Below are positions 1-8,963 of a DNA stretch of 64,000 nt, one piece after another. Below the pieces are notes generated by a model. That model was not told the DNA's origin, searched no databases, and saw nothing but the letters and a program-made list of their open reading frames with translations. The DNA is from a virus. Position numbers and translations under genes: made by a program. Location of the stretch: IMG/VR virus record IMGVR_UViG_3300045919_000305, positions 1-64,000 of that record; one strand, given 5' to 3'. Every line of letters starts with the position of its first letter. The stretch's first letter is position 1.

Positions 1-117
1 TGTATGCGGTTCTTAACGATACCGTTAGACGACCCTTTAAGAGCGTATTCCTATGTGAACTCGTTGATACCACCACTTTTAGACACCTGTAAAGATAAAC
101 TACCACTGGAGAAATGA
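1..117 (+). CDS. 3' end of an ORF that starts upstream of the window (partial)
   Basis: Frame 1 is open from the window edge to TGA 115-117; next start codon follows at 119. Confidence 0.3.
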   Translation, partial: CMRFLTIPLDDPLRAYSYVNSLIPPLLDTCKDKLPLEK

Positions 118-118
118 T

Positions 119-238
119 ATGCACGAAATTTGGGATACCTTTAAACACGGCGTGGAAATCTTTGCGCTGGTCTACTTTACCTTGCTTATGATCGGCCGTT
201 ACCGCGCCGTTAAAGCTATGCGCAAGGGAGACGATTGA
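119..238 (+). CDS. small hydrophobic protein (39 aa)
   Basis: ATG 119 preceded by GGAG (106-109); MHEIWDTFKHGVEIFALVYFTLLMIG... has one hydrophobic segment; below the ORF-track size cut-off. Confidence 0.35.
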   Translation: MHEIWDTFKHGVEIFALVYFTLLMIGRYRAVKAMRKGDD

Positions 239-244
239 TCGGCT

Positions 245-553
245 ATGAAAGAAATTACCGTAGAGCAGTATCTGGTCAGTGAATTTAAGCGCTTCTTCCC
301 TGACGGGCAAATCCACAAGTATGAAATTCGGCGGGGAGAACCTGACCGCATTTTGCTATTACCAAAAGGCGTTTGTATGTTCGTTGAAACAAAACGCCCC
401 GGTGAAGATTTGCGAAAGGCTCAAGTACGGGCTTTTAAGCGGTTAAAGCTTTTAGGGTTTGAATGCCACATGTGCGATACGAAAAGCAAAGTCGATTTAT
501 TGATCAACTACATAGGGATGAAATTCTATGCTGCTAACAATGTTCTCTTTTAA
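245..553 (+). CDS. VRR-NUC family (PD-(D/E)XK) nuclease
   Basis: GEPDRILLLPKGVCMFVETKRPGEDLRKAQ...LGFECHMC matches the G-x-PD ... E-x-K ... Q core of VRR-NUC domains. Confidence 0.75.
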   Translation: MKEITVEQYLVSEFKRFFPDGQIHKYEIRRGEPDRILLLPKGVCMFVETKRPGEDLRKAQVRAFKRLKLLGFECHMCDTKSKVDLLINYIGMKFYAANNVLF

Positions 554-618
554 TTACCAATTTGATGCCTTCGTATCGATAGGCGTAACCGCTTACCTTA
601 TTTTGAGATTTGCCTACC

Positions 619-783
619 GTGGTAAGAGAAGAACTCGTTAAGAAAACAACTAAGAAATGCCCTCAATGCGGAAACGAGAATTTAGGGCATTTCACGTCGC
701 TTAATAAAAAATACTGTGCGGCCAAAGATTGCCACATCTGGATTGATTGGTTTTTAGATCCTGGGCAGAAAAAGCTATTGTAA
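619..783 (+). CDS. small zinc-ribbon protein (54 aa), tentative
   Basis: GTG 619 (or TTG 610) to TAA 781-783; contains CPQC ... CAAKDC; fills an otherwise empty 300-nt gap. Confidence 0.3.
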   Translation: MVREELVKKTTKKCPQCGNENLGHFTSLNKKYCAAKDCHIWIDWFLDPGQKKLL

Positions 784-795
784 ATAGCAAATGTC

Positions 796-824
796 ATGCG
801 TTTGTCACACGCATAGTGTATAAT
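796..824 (+). promoter_or_regulatory. inverted repeat ATGCGT-N7-ACGCAT abutting a perfect TATAAT box upstream of the 863 gene
   Basis: ATGCGT 796-801 / ACGCAT 809-814; TATAAT 819-824, 39 nt before ATG 863; no good -35 at 17-nt spacing. Confidence 0.3.
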
Positions 825-862
825 AAAGGCTTTAAAATCAACTATCCTCTGGAGCCCCTAAA

Positions 863-1918
863 ATGCTGTCCGCCCACTTCGATTTGCCCTCTTGTCTTTT
901 CGTTACTAAACTACGGCACCAATACAGTACACCCACTGGAGTTGATGGGTACGCAAAAGAACTAGCCTCGGGATTGTTTAATTCGGCGAACTTCGTTTCA
1001 GAAATGTTGGTTAGATCAGGTATTAAATCTGAGACAGTAGCCGTTATTGACAACAACAGTATCGAGAAAGAAGTAGTTCGGGTTAACCCAACTCACGTTT
1101 TTATCGAAGCCCTGTGGGTCGTGCCAGAAAAAATTGAATTGTTGGCCAAGTTATATCCCGACGTTATGTGGATTATCCGCATACACAGTAATACCCCATT
1201 CATTGCTAACGAAGGGGTAGCTATTGAGTGGATGAAAGGCTATTACGCTATCCAAACAGGTAACGTGTTGGTAGCACCTAACTCCCCACTGATGATCCAA
1301 GACTTATTAGCTATTAAGGCGTCAGTGGGTAAAACGCTGCTATTACCTAACTACTATGAGTTCACAACTGAACACGCGCCGAAGGTGATCAACAACAGTG
1401 AAGTCCATGTCGGCTGTTTCGGCGCCGTGCGACCATTAAAAAACCAACTGGTTCAAGCGATGGCGGCTATACGCTTCGCCGATACTATCGGTAAAACGTT
1501 GGTGTTCCATTTAAACAGCGCCCGCATAGAACAACGCGGCAACAATGTATTGAAGAATATCCGCGCTTTGTTTGTCGATAGTGGGCATACCTTGATGGAA
1601 CACGACTGGCTTGAGCGCAAAGATTTCTTAGCTTTGATCCGCCAAATGGACGTTTGTTTGCAGGTATCTTTGACCGAAACGTTCAATATTACGGCAGCGG
1701 ATTCTGTTAACGAGCTGGTACCCGTTATCGTCAGCAAAGATATAAGCTGGCTGGAACCTTCCCGATATGCGGATACCTCTTCCTCCGATTCCATACTCGA
1801 TAAGTTAATGGAGCTTTATGCCAGTGATAAAGCGGCTATCGTTAAAAAGAATTGGCTAGACTTGCACCGATATAACGTCAACTCAATGGGTAAGTGGTTG
1901 AATTTCCTAGTAGGCTAA
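863..1918 (+). CDS. GT-B fold (group-1-like) glycosyltransferase, tentative
   Basis: GGAG 8 nt upstream of ATG. C-terminal half VHVGCFGAVRPLKN...LQVSLTETFNITAADSVNELVPVIVS resembles the E-x-F-x(6)-E/D ... G-x-PVI-x-S segment of GT1/GT4 enzymes. Confidence 0.4.
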   Translation: MLSAHFDLPSCLFVTKLRHQYSTPTGVDGYAKELASGLFNSANFVSEMLVRSGIKSETVAVIDNNSIEKEVVRVNPTHVFIEALWVVPEKIELLAKLYPDVMWIIRIHSNTPFIANEGVAIEWMKGYYAIQTGNVLVAPNSPLMIQDLLAIKASVGKTLLLPNYYEFTTEHAPKVINNSEVHVGCFGAVRPLKNQLVQAMAAIRFADTIGKTLVFHLNSARIEQRGNNVLKNIRALFVDSGHTLMEHDWLERKDFLALIRQMDVCLQVSLTETFNITAADSVNELVPVIVSKDISWLEPSRYADTSSSDSILDKLMELYASDKAAIVKKNWLDLHRYNVNSMGKWLNFLVG

Positions 1919-1956
1919 ATTTCTACTATACTTAGGGTTTTTAGCTGGGGAATCTT

Positions 1957-3135
1957 ATGACTGACGAAACCACGTACTTAGCGGACTTATCGTCCGCTAT
2001 CGCCGCTATTGAGCGGAACAACGGGAACCAGTCGGCAGCCGCGCGTGAATTAGGGATTGGTCGTACCACGTTGCGGTATAGGGCAACGGCTGCCGCTTTA
2101 CGTGGCTTGGATACGGCGGCGAATAAACTAGAGACGCTACACGGGAAATCCCCTGACGGTGTTGTTAACTTCCCGTTACCAAACCCCCTTGTTCTCAAGG
2201 GGGCTTCTTTTTTACAAAGGACAGGAAATCCAGACGTTCCGATAATTTGGCATAAAACCAAAGTAGATCAGGAACTTGCCTTCGCCGCGATGCAGGACTA
2301 TTTAGCGGAGTTGTGTAAGGAGTTACCCAGCTACCCGCCAACGGAGTTAGCGGGGATATGTAACGAAGATTTGCTGAGCCTATACATCATTACTGATTTG
2401 CATATAGGTTCCCGTAGTTGGGCACCAGAATGCGGTAAGTCGTGGGATATTAAAGTGATGCGTAAGGTACTCTTTGAGGGTATCGACTATCTTATTTCCC
2501 GATCTCCACCGTCCAAATACTGTTATATCGGGCAGTTAGGGGATTTCTTGGATCACAGCGGCATCGATGCTAAAACACCGCGCAGCGGGCACATATTGGA
2601 CACGGATAGCCGGTTACAAAAGATGATCAACGTCGCAGTAGACGTTTTATTGCTAACCGTAAAAAAGTGCTTGGAAAAACATGAGATTGTTTACTTATTG
2701 TGCATCAACGGTAATCACGATGAAGGCGGAAGCGCAGAATGGATCCAGGCTTTACTACCTAAAGTGTATGCTAATGAGCCACGCGTTAAAATTATCCGAA
2801 GCTCTAACCAGTACCCTGTTTATGAATTTGGGAGTAATATGCTTGGCTTTTGCCACGGGGATTTAGCGAAGGCCGGTGAATTGGCTCAAGTTTATGCAGA
2901 CCTGTATAGTGGGATCTGGGGGCGAACGAAGCATCGGGAAATTCACCGGGGGCATCGGCATTTTTACGAATCGATTTACAAACATGGTTGTACCTTAACC
3001 CAACACCCAACTATCTGTGCAAAAAATGCGTATAGCGCTCGAAATTTTCCAGGATCTCCGAATCAGGAATTGATCAGCTATACCTACCACAGAGAACGCG
3101 GGAAGATTTCAGCGACTCATTACAAGCCTGAATAA
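1957..3135 (+). CDS. HTH domain fused to calcineurin-like metallophosphoesterase
   Basis: N-terminal NQSAAARELGIGRTTLRYR helix-turn-helix; then the ordered motifs ITDLHIG, LGDFLDH, INGNHDEG, GFCHGD, HRGHRH. Confidence 0.7.
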   Translation: MTDETTYLADLSSAIAAIERNNGNQSAAARELGIGRTTLRYRATAAALRGLDTAANKLETLHGKSPDGVVNFPLPNPLVLKGASFLQRTGNPDVPIIWHKTKVDQELAFAAMQDYLAELCKELPSYPPTELAGICNEDLLSLYIITDLHIGSRSWAPECGKSWDIKVMRKVLFEGIDYLISRSPPSKYCYIGQLGDFLDHSGIDAKTPRSGHILDTDSRLQKMINVAVDVLLLTVKKCLEKHEIVYLLCINGNHDEGGSAEWIQALLPKVYANEPRVKIIRSSNQYPVYEFGSNMLGFCHGDLAKAGELAQVYADLYSGIWGRTKHREIHRGHRHFYESIYKHGCTLTQHPTICAKNAYSARNFPGSPNQELISYTYHRERGKISATHYKPE

Positions 3136-3155
3136 CGCTTAAACTGGGGAATAAA

Positions 3156-3413
3156 ATGTCTTACCAAATACCTGACAAAGATATTTCGCGCGAAAGTTTA
3201 ATAACACAATTTCACTGTGCGAAATGCGGTGGGATTCTCCAAATTGCGGTGAACGATGGCGGCTACAAACTGGCTTCCGACACTGCGAGGGACGATAACG
3301 TTACCGGTGCTTTGAAAGCGGTGAACCGTATTTTAATACACCCTTGCAAGAAATGTTACAACGAGGCAGTACGACCCTTGGAGCTAATCCGAGAGGCTTT
3401 AAAAAATATTTAA
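3156..3413 (+). CDS. small zinc-ribbon protein
   Basis: CAKCGG ... CKKC pair; GGGGA upstream of ATG. Confidence 0.55.
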   Translation: MSYQIPDKDISRESLITQFHCAKCGGILQIAVNDGGYKLASDTARDDNVTGALKAVNRILIHPCKKCYNEAVRPLELIREALKNI

Positions 3414-3504
3414 CCTATTTTGCGAGCTAGGCTTAGCGGCCAAAAGCAGTCTGAACACCTGTTGCTCGCAATCCTCTTTGTTCAATAACCTAAATGTTCG
3501 GTAG

Positions 3505-4446
3505 GTGAAAATGTATAAAATCCTCCAAGGGGACTGTTTAGCGTCCCTAAAAACCCTTTCTGATGCCAGCGTAAACGCTTGTATTACATCCCCCCCGTAT
3601 TATGGCTTACGAGATTATGGAGTAGAGGGACAAGCTGGGCTAGAAGCTACGCCCGAAGAATACGTAGCCAATATGGTTAAGGTTTTTCGGGAAGTTAAGC
3701 GGTGCCTAAAAGACGACGGAACTTTGTGGCTTAACATCGGGGATAGCTATGCAGGAAGCGGAAAAGGGCAATGGAACGGAGGTTCGGCCGACCCTAAAAA
3801 CCCCAAGACACAAGGTATGCCTCTGGAGATACAACGCCCTGCAACGCTAGGTTTAAAATCGAAAGACCTTATCGGAATACCTTGGATGCTGGCTTTTGCT
3901 TTACGTGCTGACGGTTGGTACTTGCGTCAAGATATTATCTGGCATAAGCCCAACCCTATGCCGGAGAGCGTTAAAGACCGCTGTACGAAAGCGCACGAGT
4001 ATATTTTCTTACTGAGTAAGAGTCAGAAATATTATTATGATGCTGATGCGATAGCAGAGCCAGCGAAATGGGAGAGGTGGGGTGATCAAACCGAGAATAA
4101 AAAATCACAAGGGAACGCTGGCCGATTAGGGGGTAAAACCATAGCTGAACTACCCATAAAAGACACTAAAAACAAGCGTTCCGTTTGGACGGTAATCCCA
4201 AAAAACTATAAGGGGGCGCATTTTGCGGTGTTCCCTCCAGAACTAATAGAACCTTGCGTACTGGCCTCTTGCCCTGAAAATGGGGTCATCATAGACCCAT
4301 TTGGTGGAAGCGGCACCACAGCAGGCGTAGCGATCAAACACGGGCGGAAAAGCGTTCTATGTGAGTTAAACCCTGAATACTGCGCGATAATGCCGTCACG
4401 AATAAAAGCTATTAGCGGTTACGATATGGAGGATGATTTCATTTGA
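3505..4446 (+). CDS. DNA methyltransferase, beta-class (N4-cytosine or N6-adenine)
   Basis: Catalytic ITSPPYYGLRDY near the N-terminus and AdoMet motif IIDPFGGSGTT near the C-terminus. SPPY favours N4C but does not prove it. Alternative start ATG 3511. Confidence 0.9.
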   Translation: MKMYKILQGDCLASLKTLSDASVNACITSPPYYGLRDYGVEGQAGLEATPEEYVANMVKVFREVKRCLKDDGTLWLNIGDSYAGSGKGQWNGGSADPKNPKTQGMPLEIQRPATLGLKSKDLIGIPWMLAFALRADGWYLRQDIIWHKPNPMPESVKDRCTKAHEYIFLLSKSQKYYYDADAIAEPAKWERWGDQTENKKSQGNAGRLGGKTIAELPIKDTKNKRSVWTVIPKNYKGAHFAVFPPELIEPCVLASCPENGVIIDPFGGSGTTAGVAIKHGRKSVLCELNPEYCAIMPSRIKAISGYDMEDDFI

Positions 4447-5870
4447 TCGCTAAGCTTTTCATTCCTCGTTCATATCAAGCTGCTGGCACAAACTTCATTC
4501 TTGATAACCCCCGTTGTAATCTGCAAGTCGATATGGGATTAGGGAAGACAATTATGGTACTGAATGCTTTAGATATCCTCTATACCTGCGGAGAGTACCA
4601 GCCTACGCTTATCTTGGCGCCGTTACGGGTTGCTCGGACAACATGGAGCGCCGAACTAGCTAAATGGAATCATCTATCAGGGTTAGAGATTTCACCCATT
4701 GTCGGCACGCCAGAGCAACGTATAGCAGCTTTAAAACGCGACGTGCCAGTTTACACGATTAATTATGAAAATATCGTTTGGTTAACTAAATATTTGAAAG
4801 GTGCATGGCCGTTCCGGACAATAATCGCCGATGAATCGACGAAGATAAAAAGCCATCGCGTTCACTGGCAGACTAATAAGCAAGGAACTACCTATCTGTG
4901 CCATTCGCCAAGTTGTGGAGAACGTACTAAAGCTTTAACGCACCTCGCTTGGAAAAAGACACGACGCTGGGTAAACCTTACCGGAACACCGGCTCCGAAT
5001 TCATTGGGGGACCTTTGGGGACAAAACTGGTTCATCGACCAAGGGGCGTCATTAGGCTCTTCCTACTCAGCCTTCGAAGACCGCTGGTTCAAAACTGATT
5101 ACAACGGTTACGATAAAGTCATGCTGCCGCACGCTGAAAAAGAAATCCGTGCGGCTATTGCACCCACGACTTTCACGTTACGCGCCGAAGATTACTTAGA
5201 TCTGGGCGAAGAAATCGTGAATACGATTTACGTGGATCTTCCGCCAAAAGCTCGTAAGCATTACGACGAAATGGAGAAAGATCTCTACACGATCATAAAG
5301 GCAGGCGAAGTCGAAGCGTTTACTGCGGCTACCAAGAGCATGAAATGCCACCAACTCGCCAATGGCGCTTTGTATCACGATGACAAAGGAACCTGGGAAG
5401 CGATTCACGATGAAAAGCTGGACGCTTTGAGAGACGTGATCGAAGAAGCTGGCGGGATGCCGGTTATTGTTTGTTATAAATTCAAAAGCGATCTCGCACG
5501 ATTAAAAAAAGCCTTCCCACAGGGGAAAGCACTTGACACACGACAAGAAACGGAGGATAATTTTAAGTCTGGAAAGATTCCTATTTTATTTATCCATCCG
5601 GATAGCGCAGGTCACGGTATCGATTATATGCAACACGTAACCAACATTATGTGTTTCTTTTCCGTCGATTGGAATGCCGAAACCCGCGATCAGGTTATCG
5701 CTCGAATAGGTAAAGTAAGGCAATTTCAAGCCGGTCTTAATCGACCGGTTTTTATCCACCAGATTATCACTCGCAATTCGGTGGACGAGATCATTTTGAG
5801 AAGACTGGGGACAAAAATGACGGTACAAGAAGCTTTGAAGGAAGGGCTTGCGCGTAGGGGGCTTAAATGA
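4443..5870 (+). CDS. SNF2-family helicase/translocase
   Basis: Motif I DMGLGKT, motif II IIADESTKIK, C-terminal helicase lobe (LFIHPDSAGHGIDY, QVIARIGKVRQ); TTG start overlaps the methyltransferase stop. Confidence 0.85.
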   Translation: MIAKLFIPRSYQAAGTNFILDNPRCNLQVDMGLGKTIMVLNALDILYTCGEYQPTLILAPLRVARTTWSAELAKWNHLSGLEISPIVGTPEQRIAALKRDVPVYTINYENIVWLTKYLKGAWPFRTIIADESTKIKSHRVHWQTNKQGTTYLCHSPSCGERTKALTHLAWKKTRRWVNLTGTPAPNSLGDLWGQNWFIDQGASLGSSYSAFEDRWFKTDYNGYDKVMLPHAEKEIRAAIAPTTFTLRAEDYLDLGEEIVNTIYVDLPPKARKHYDEMEKDLYTIIKAGEVEAFTAATKSMKCHQLANGALYHDDKGTWEAIHDEKLDALRDVIEEAGGMPVIVCYKFKSDLARLKKAFPQGKALDTRQETEDNFKSGKIPILFIHPDSAGHGIDYMQHVTNIMCFFSVDWNAETRDQVIARIGKVRQFQAGLNRPVFIHQIITRNSVDEIILRRLGTKMTVQEALKEGLARRGLK

Positions 5871-6091
5871 ACGGTAAAGCCAGTAAACGACTGCGCTTAG
5901 CAGTTTTGAAAACTTTAGATGCTGGTATTAAACAGAAAATTGGTATGTGTTCTTATGCCCTGACATTGAAACGCCTCAAACGCGAATATCGAGAAATGCC
6001 CTACCATCGACGTTTTGTTTTTAAAGGGCTACGGCATTTTACGCATCGTGAAACGCTAGAACAAGAACGGGCTAGAAGAGGGTTGAAATAA
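5867..6091 (+). CDS. small basic protein
   Basis: ATGA overlap with the upstream stop; ends in ARRGLK like the SNF2 protein. Confidence 0.55.
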   Translation: MNGKASKRLRLAVLKTLDAGIKQKIGMCSYALTLKRLKREYREMPYHRRFVFKGLRHFTHRETLEQERARRGLK

Positions 6092-6387
6092 TGGCGATTA
6101 CAGATCCTAAAGAAATGCGTAAGATCCTAAATAGTGTAGCGTTTAACGATCGTATTGGTTTGGATGGTGAGCGACTTTCTCCAGAAGAAACGCTATCCAC
6201 AAGTACGTTAATCTGGAGTACACGAAATGCCGCCCATTTCGCAGGATTATCCGGTGAAGACCACATGACGATGCTTGCGTATCTAGCGCTGAAAGAGTTG
6301 GAAGCGGCGCGTAAGCAAATAGGGAAATTACTTGTAGGGCAGCCTACGGTTTATGTCTTACCTGTAGGCACGGAGTTGATAAAATGA
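6091..6387 (+). CDS. hypothetical protein
   Basis: TAATG overlap with the upstream gene; ATGA overlap with the downstream gene. Confidence 0.55.
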   Translation: MAITDPKEMRKILNSVAFNDRIGLDGERLSPEETLSTSTLIWSTRNAAHFAGLSGEDHMTMLAYLALKELEAARKQIGKLLVGQPTVYVLPVGTELIK

Positions 6388-6782
6388 AACAGGTACAAGA
6401 GTTATCCGGTGCTGAACTTGATTATTGGGTGGCTAAGGCGCAAGGCTGCTGCCCTGAAATTACTGAGGAAGAATGCTGGATAGTAAAACACAACTCGTCA
6501 ACGGCTACCCCTTTTTGGGACTCTTCAACAACAGCAAGTTGGGAAACACGTAGTACAAAGGGCATTAGGTACCAACCAAGTCAAGACTGGTTTGATGGCG
6601 GCCCACTAATCGAGCGTTTTGAGGTGTCTATCCACTTAGAGGAAGTGCCTGAGCCGCCACTGTGGTCGGCTTACATAGACGGAAATCCGTATCGCAGTGG
6701 CGGGACTACCCCATTACAAGCGACAATGCGGGCTATTTTACTTTCCCAATTTGGAGAAGAAGTTTCGGAGCTAGTAAAATGA
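6384..6782 (+). CDS. DUF2591-like phage protein
   Basis: N-terminal LSGAELDYWVAKAQG and later YQPSQDWFDGGPLIERF ... TPLQATMRAILLSQFGEEV follow the pattern I associate with DUF2591 phage proteins. Confidence 0.6.
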   Translation: MKQVQELSGAELDYWVAKAQGCCPEITEEECWIVKHNSSTATPFWDSSTTASWETRSTKGIRYQPSQDWFDGGPLIERFEVSIHLEEVPEPPLWSAYIDGNPYRSGGTTPLQATMRAILLSQFGEEVSELVK

Positions 6783-6994
6783 TGCAGTATGCCCTCTTCA
6801 CTGAACTCGTGCGGCCGGGAATGATAAACCCTATGCACGAAGCGAATTACCCAGGATATAGGCGATTGCCGCACCCTATAGTGGATGAGTATATCGTTTT
6901 TCCAATTAACCAGCCGTTTTCGATCCGGTGTGCAGCCGTATTGGTCGGTAATGTTGTCATCGCCGTTAGAGATTTTAGGAAAATAGAAGAATGA
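6779..6994 (+). CDS. hypothetical protein (71 aa)
   Basis: ATG 6779 overlaps TGA 6780-6782 (ATGA); the longer track ORF from 6662 would overlap the previous gene. Confidence 0.5.
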   Translation: MMQYALFTELVRPGMINPMHEANYPGYRRLPHPIVDEYIVFPINQPFSIRCAAVLVGNVVIAVRDFRKIEE

Positions 6995-7809
6995 ACAAAA
7001 AACAAACTTTGATTTTGTACCACGCAGATTGTTTAGATGGTTTTGGTGCGGCCTACGCTGCGTGGAGGTATTTTGGTGATAAAGCTGAATACGTCCCTGT
7101 TAATTACGGGCAGAGACCTCCGGAAGTTGTAGGGAAGGACGTTTTTATCCTGGATTTTAGTTACCAAAGGGATACCCTAGCCGAAATGAAAAACGAGGCT
7201 AATCGCATTTTGGTGTTAGACCACCATAAGACTGCGGAAGCCGATTTAAAAGGGCTTGATTTCGCGGTATTCGACATGGAAAGGTCGGGTTGCGTTATGG
7301 CTTGGGATTATTTTTTTGACTCCAGAACCCGCCCTTTTGGTTTAGAACTCATTCAGGATCGCGACCTTTGGCGGTTTAATTTCTCACAAACAAAAGCGTT
7401 TAACGAAGCTTTGCGGAATTTAGTGCCCAGAGCGTTTAATGACTGGCACGAGCACCTTGACGTTTTAGGAGCACGCATACTTGCGGATAGGGGGAAGGAC
7501 TTGTTAGCGGTTTTTAATGCGGATATTAATTCTTTAATTAAAAGGGCGCATAGAGCTTCTCTGGGCGACGTAGCTATGATCGTTTGTAACGCCCCGCCAA
7601 AATACGCCTCGGAATTAGGCAATTTAATGGCGACGCGAACCGAATTACCCGCGGCTGTCTACTCTTTTAATGGGGCGACTGGGCAATTCGACTACTCACT
7701 TAGATCAGTTGGGGAATTCGACGTGTCCGAGTTAGCTAAAGAATTCGGAGGTGGGGGGCATAAGAACGCCGCTGGTTTTTCATTGAGCTATTGTGCTTTC
7801 GATTTATGA
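6991..7809 (+). CDS. DHH/DHHA1-family phosphoesterase
   Basis: HADCLDGFGAA, VLDHHKT and C-terminal GGGGHKNAAGF are the DHH and DHHA1 signature motifs in canonical order. Confidence 0.8.
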   Translation: MNKKQTLILYHADCLDGFGAAYAAWRYFGDKAEYVPVNYGQRPPEVVGKDVFILDFSYQRDTLAEMKNEANRILVLDHHKTAEADLKGLDFAVFDMERSGCVMAWDYFFDSRTRPFGLELIQDRDLWRFNFSQTKAFNEALRNLVPRAFNDWHEHLDVLGARILADRGKDLLAVFNADINSLIKRAHRASLGDVAMIVCNAPPKYASELGNLMATRTELPAAVYSFNGATGQFDYSLRSVGEFDVSELAKEFGGGGHKNAAGFSLSYCAFDL

Positions 7810-8255
7810 AAATAGATAAAAAAATAGTCGGCTACAAAGTCGCTTCTCCCACAGACGCCGTAGAACCACCTAAAGAAACTATGCACGAAGCGGTAGAGCG
7901 GCCAGAGCATCTTCGGGGTAGCACATACAAATTAAAAACGCCATTGTCTGATCACGCTTTGTACTTAACGGTTAACGACGTGGTTTTAAACGAGGGGACC
8001 GACCACGAAGCGCTTCACCCTTATGAGGTATTTATAAACTCGAAGGAAATGGATTATTACCAGTGGGTGACAGCGTTAACGCGCGTAATCTCGGCGGTAT
8101 TTCGGAAAGGTGGCGACGTGAAGTTTTTAATAGAAGAGCTGAAGACAGTAGCCGACCCTAAAGGGGGGTTTTGGTATAAAGGTAAACAAGTCGGATCTTT
8201 AGTCGCTTTAATAGGCGCGACTATCGAGACACATTTAGAGAGGAACGCGAAATGA
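7806..8255 (+). CDS. stand-alone TSCPD-domain protein (ribonucleotide-reductase C-terminal-like)
   Basis: ERPEHLRGSTYKLKTP...LYLTVND...PYEVFINSKE...ALTRVISAVFRKGG follows the TSCPD pattern seen at the C-terminus of class II RNRs; ATG 7806 overlaps the DHH stop. Confidence 0.65.
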   Translation: MKIDKKIVGYKVASPTDAVEPPKETMHEAVERPEHLRGSTYKLKTPLSDHALYLTVNDVVLNEGTDHEALHPYEVFINSKEMDYYQWVTALTRVISAVFRKGGDVKFLIEELKTVADPKGGFWYKGKQVGSLVALIGATIETHLERNAK

Positions 8256-8509
8256 TACACAAACTTAAATTGTACCCTCCTTATTTCCAAGCGACCCTAG
8301 AGGGGCGGAAAATCTTTGAGATTCGGGATAATTCAGAACGCGGGTTTCAGGCAGGGGATAGCGTTCTTTTTGAAGAGTATGAAAAAGGGATAGTAAACGG
8401 GAGCTTTACAGGAAGAAAGCTAACTGCGGATATTGGTTACGTCTGTAATTATGCACAACACGCTTCGAATGTAGTCTTCTCGTTGGTTAACATCAAGGAG
8501 GTAAAATGA
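8252..8509 (+). CDS. DUF3850 / ASCH-like protein
   Basis: HKLKLYPPYFQATLEGRKIFEIRDNSERGFQAGDSVLFEEY ... FTGRKL matches the DUF3850 pattern. Confidence 0.7.
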   Translation: MIHKLKLYPPYFQATLEGRKIFEIRDNSERGFQAGDSVLFEEYEKGIVNGSFTGRKLTADIGYVCNYAQHASNVVFSLVNIKEVK

Positions 8510-8769
8510 GTGGAATGAGCGAAGCAGTTACTTTTGGCGACTTATTCAGCCATGAAAACCCAGTAATTAAAGATTTTCTGAATATCTTTAATGCCTATGT
8601 GAAAGATATCGGCGGCACGGAGAAAATGGCCAGCCACGATGTGCCGGTTACTGTGCGTATTTCCTGCATGAACAACGATAAAATGTATGTTTTAACCGGG
8701 ATGTCAATGGATCGCTTTACGTGCGGCTGTGAATCTGGAATTACTCTGGAAATAAAGGAGGAAGAATGA
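8506..8769 (+). CDS. hypothetical protein
   Basis: ATGA-coupled on both sides. Confidence 0.55.
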   Translation: MSGMSEAVTFGDLFSHENPVIKDFLNIFNAYVKDIGGTEKMASHDVPVTVRISCMNNDKMYVLTGMSMDRFTCGCESGITLEIKEEE

Positions 8770-8963
8770 ATTTCGCAACCTACGCGGATATGATATCGGC
8801 TTTACTAGCCGGTAAAACGATAGTGAATACGAACAGCGAGTATCCTGACTACCTAAAGCTCGTTAATGGTGAAGTGTACGGTAAGACGCCAGCATTATTT
8901 TCTGACGATATTTGGCGCAAATACCCTGAACCGAATACTTATTTTTGCTGGAGAATAGCATGA
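8766..8963 (+). CDS. hypothetical protein
   Basis: ATGA-coupled on both sides. Confidence 0.5.
   Translation: MNFATYADMISALLAGKTIVNTNSEYPDYLKLVNGEVYGKTPALFSDDIWRKYPEPNTYFCWRIA

Noticed and set aside
747-1056. ORFs 747-965 (+) and 838-1056 (-)
   Set aside because: They overlap the promoter region and 5' end of the 863-1918 gene, which has a proper GGAG-ATG start. They have no independent support.
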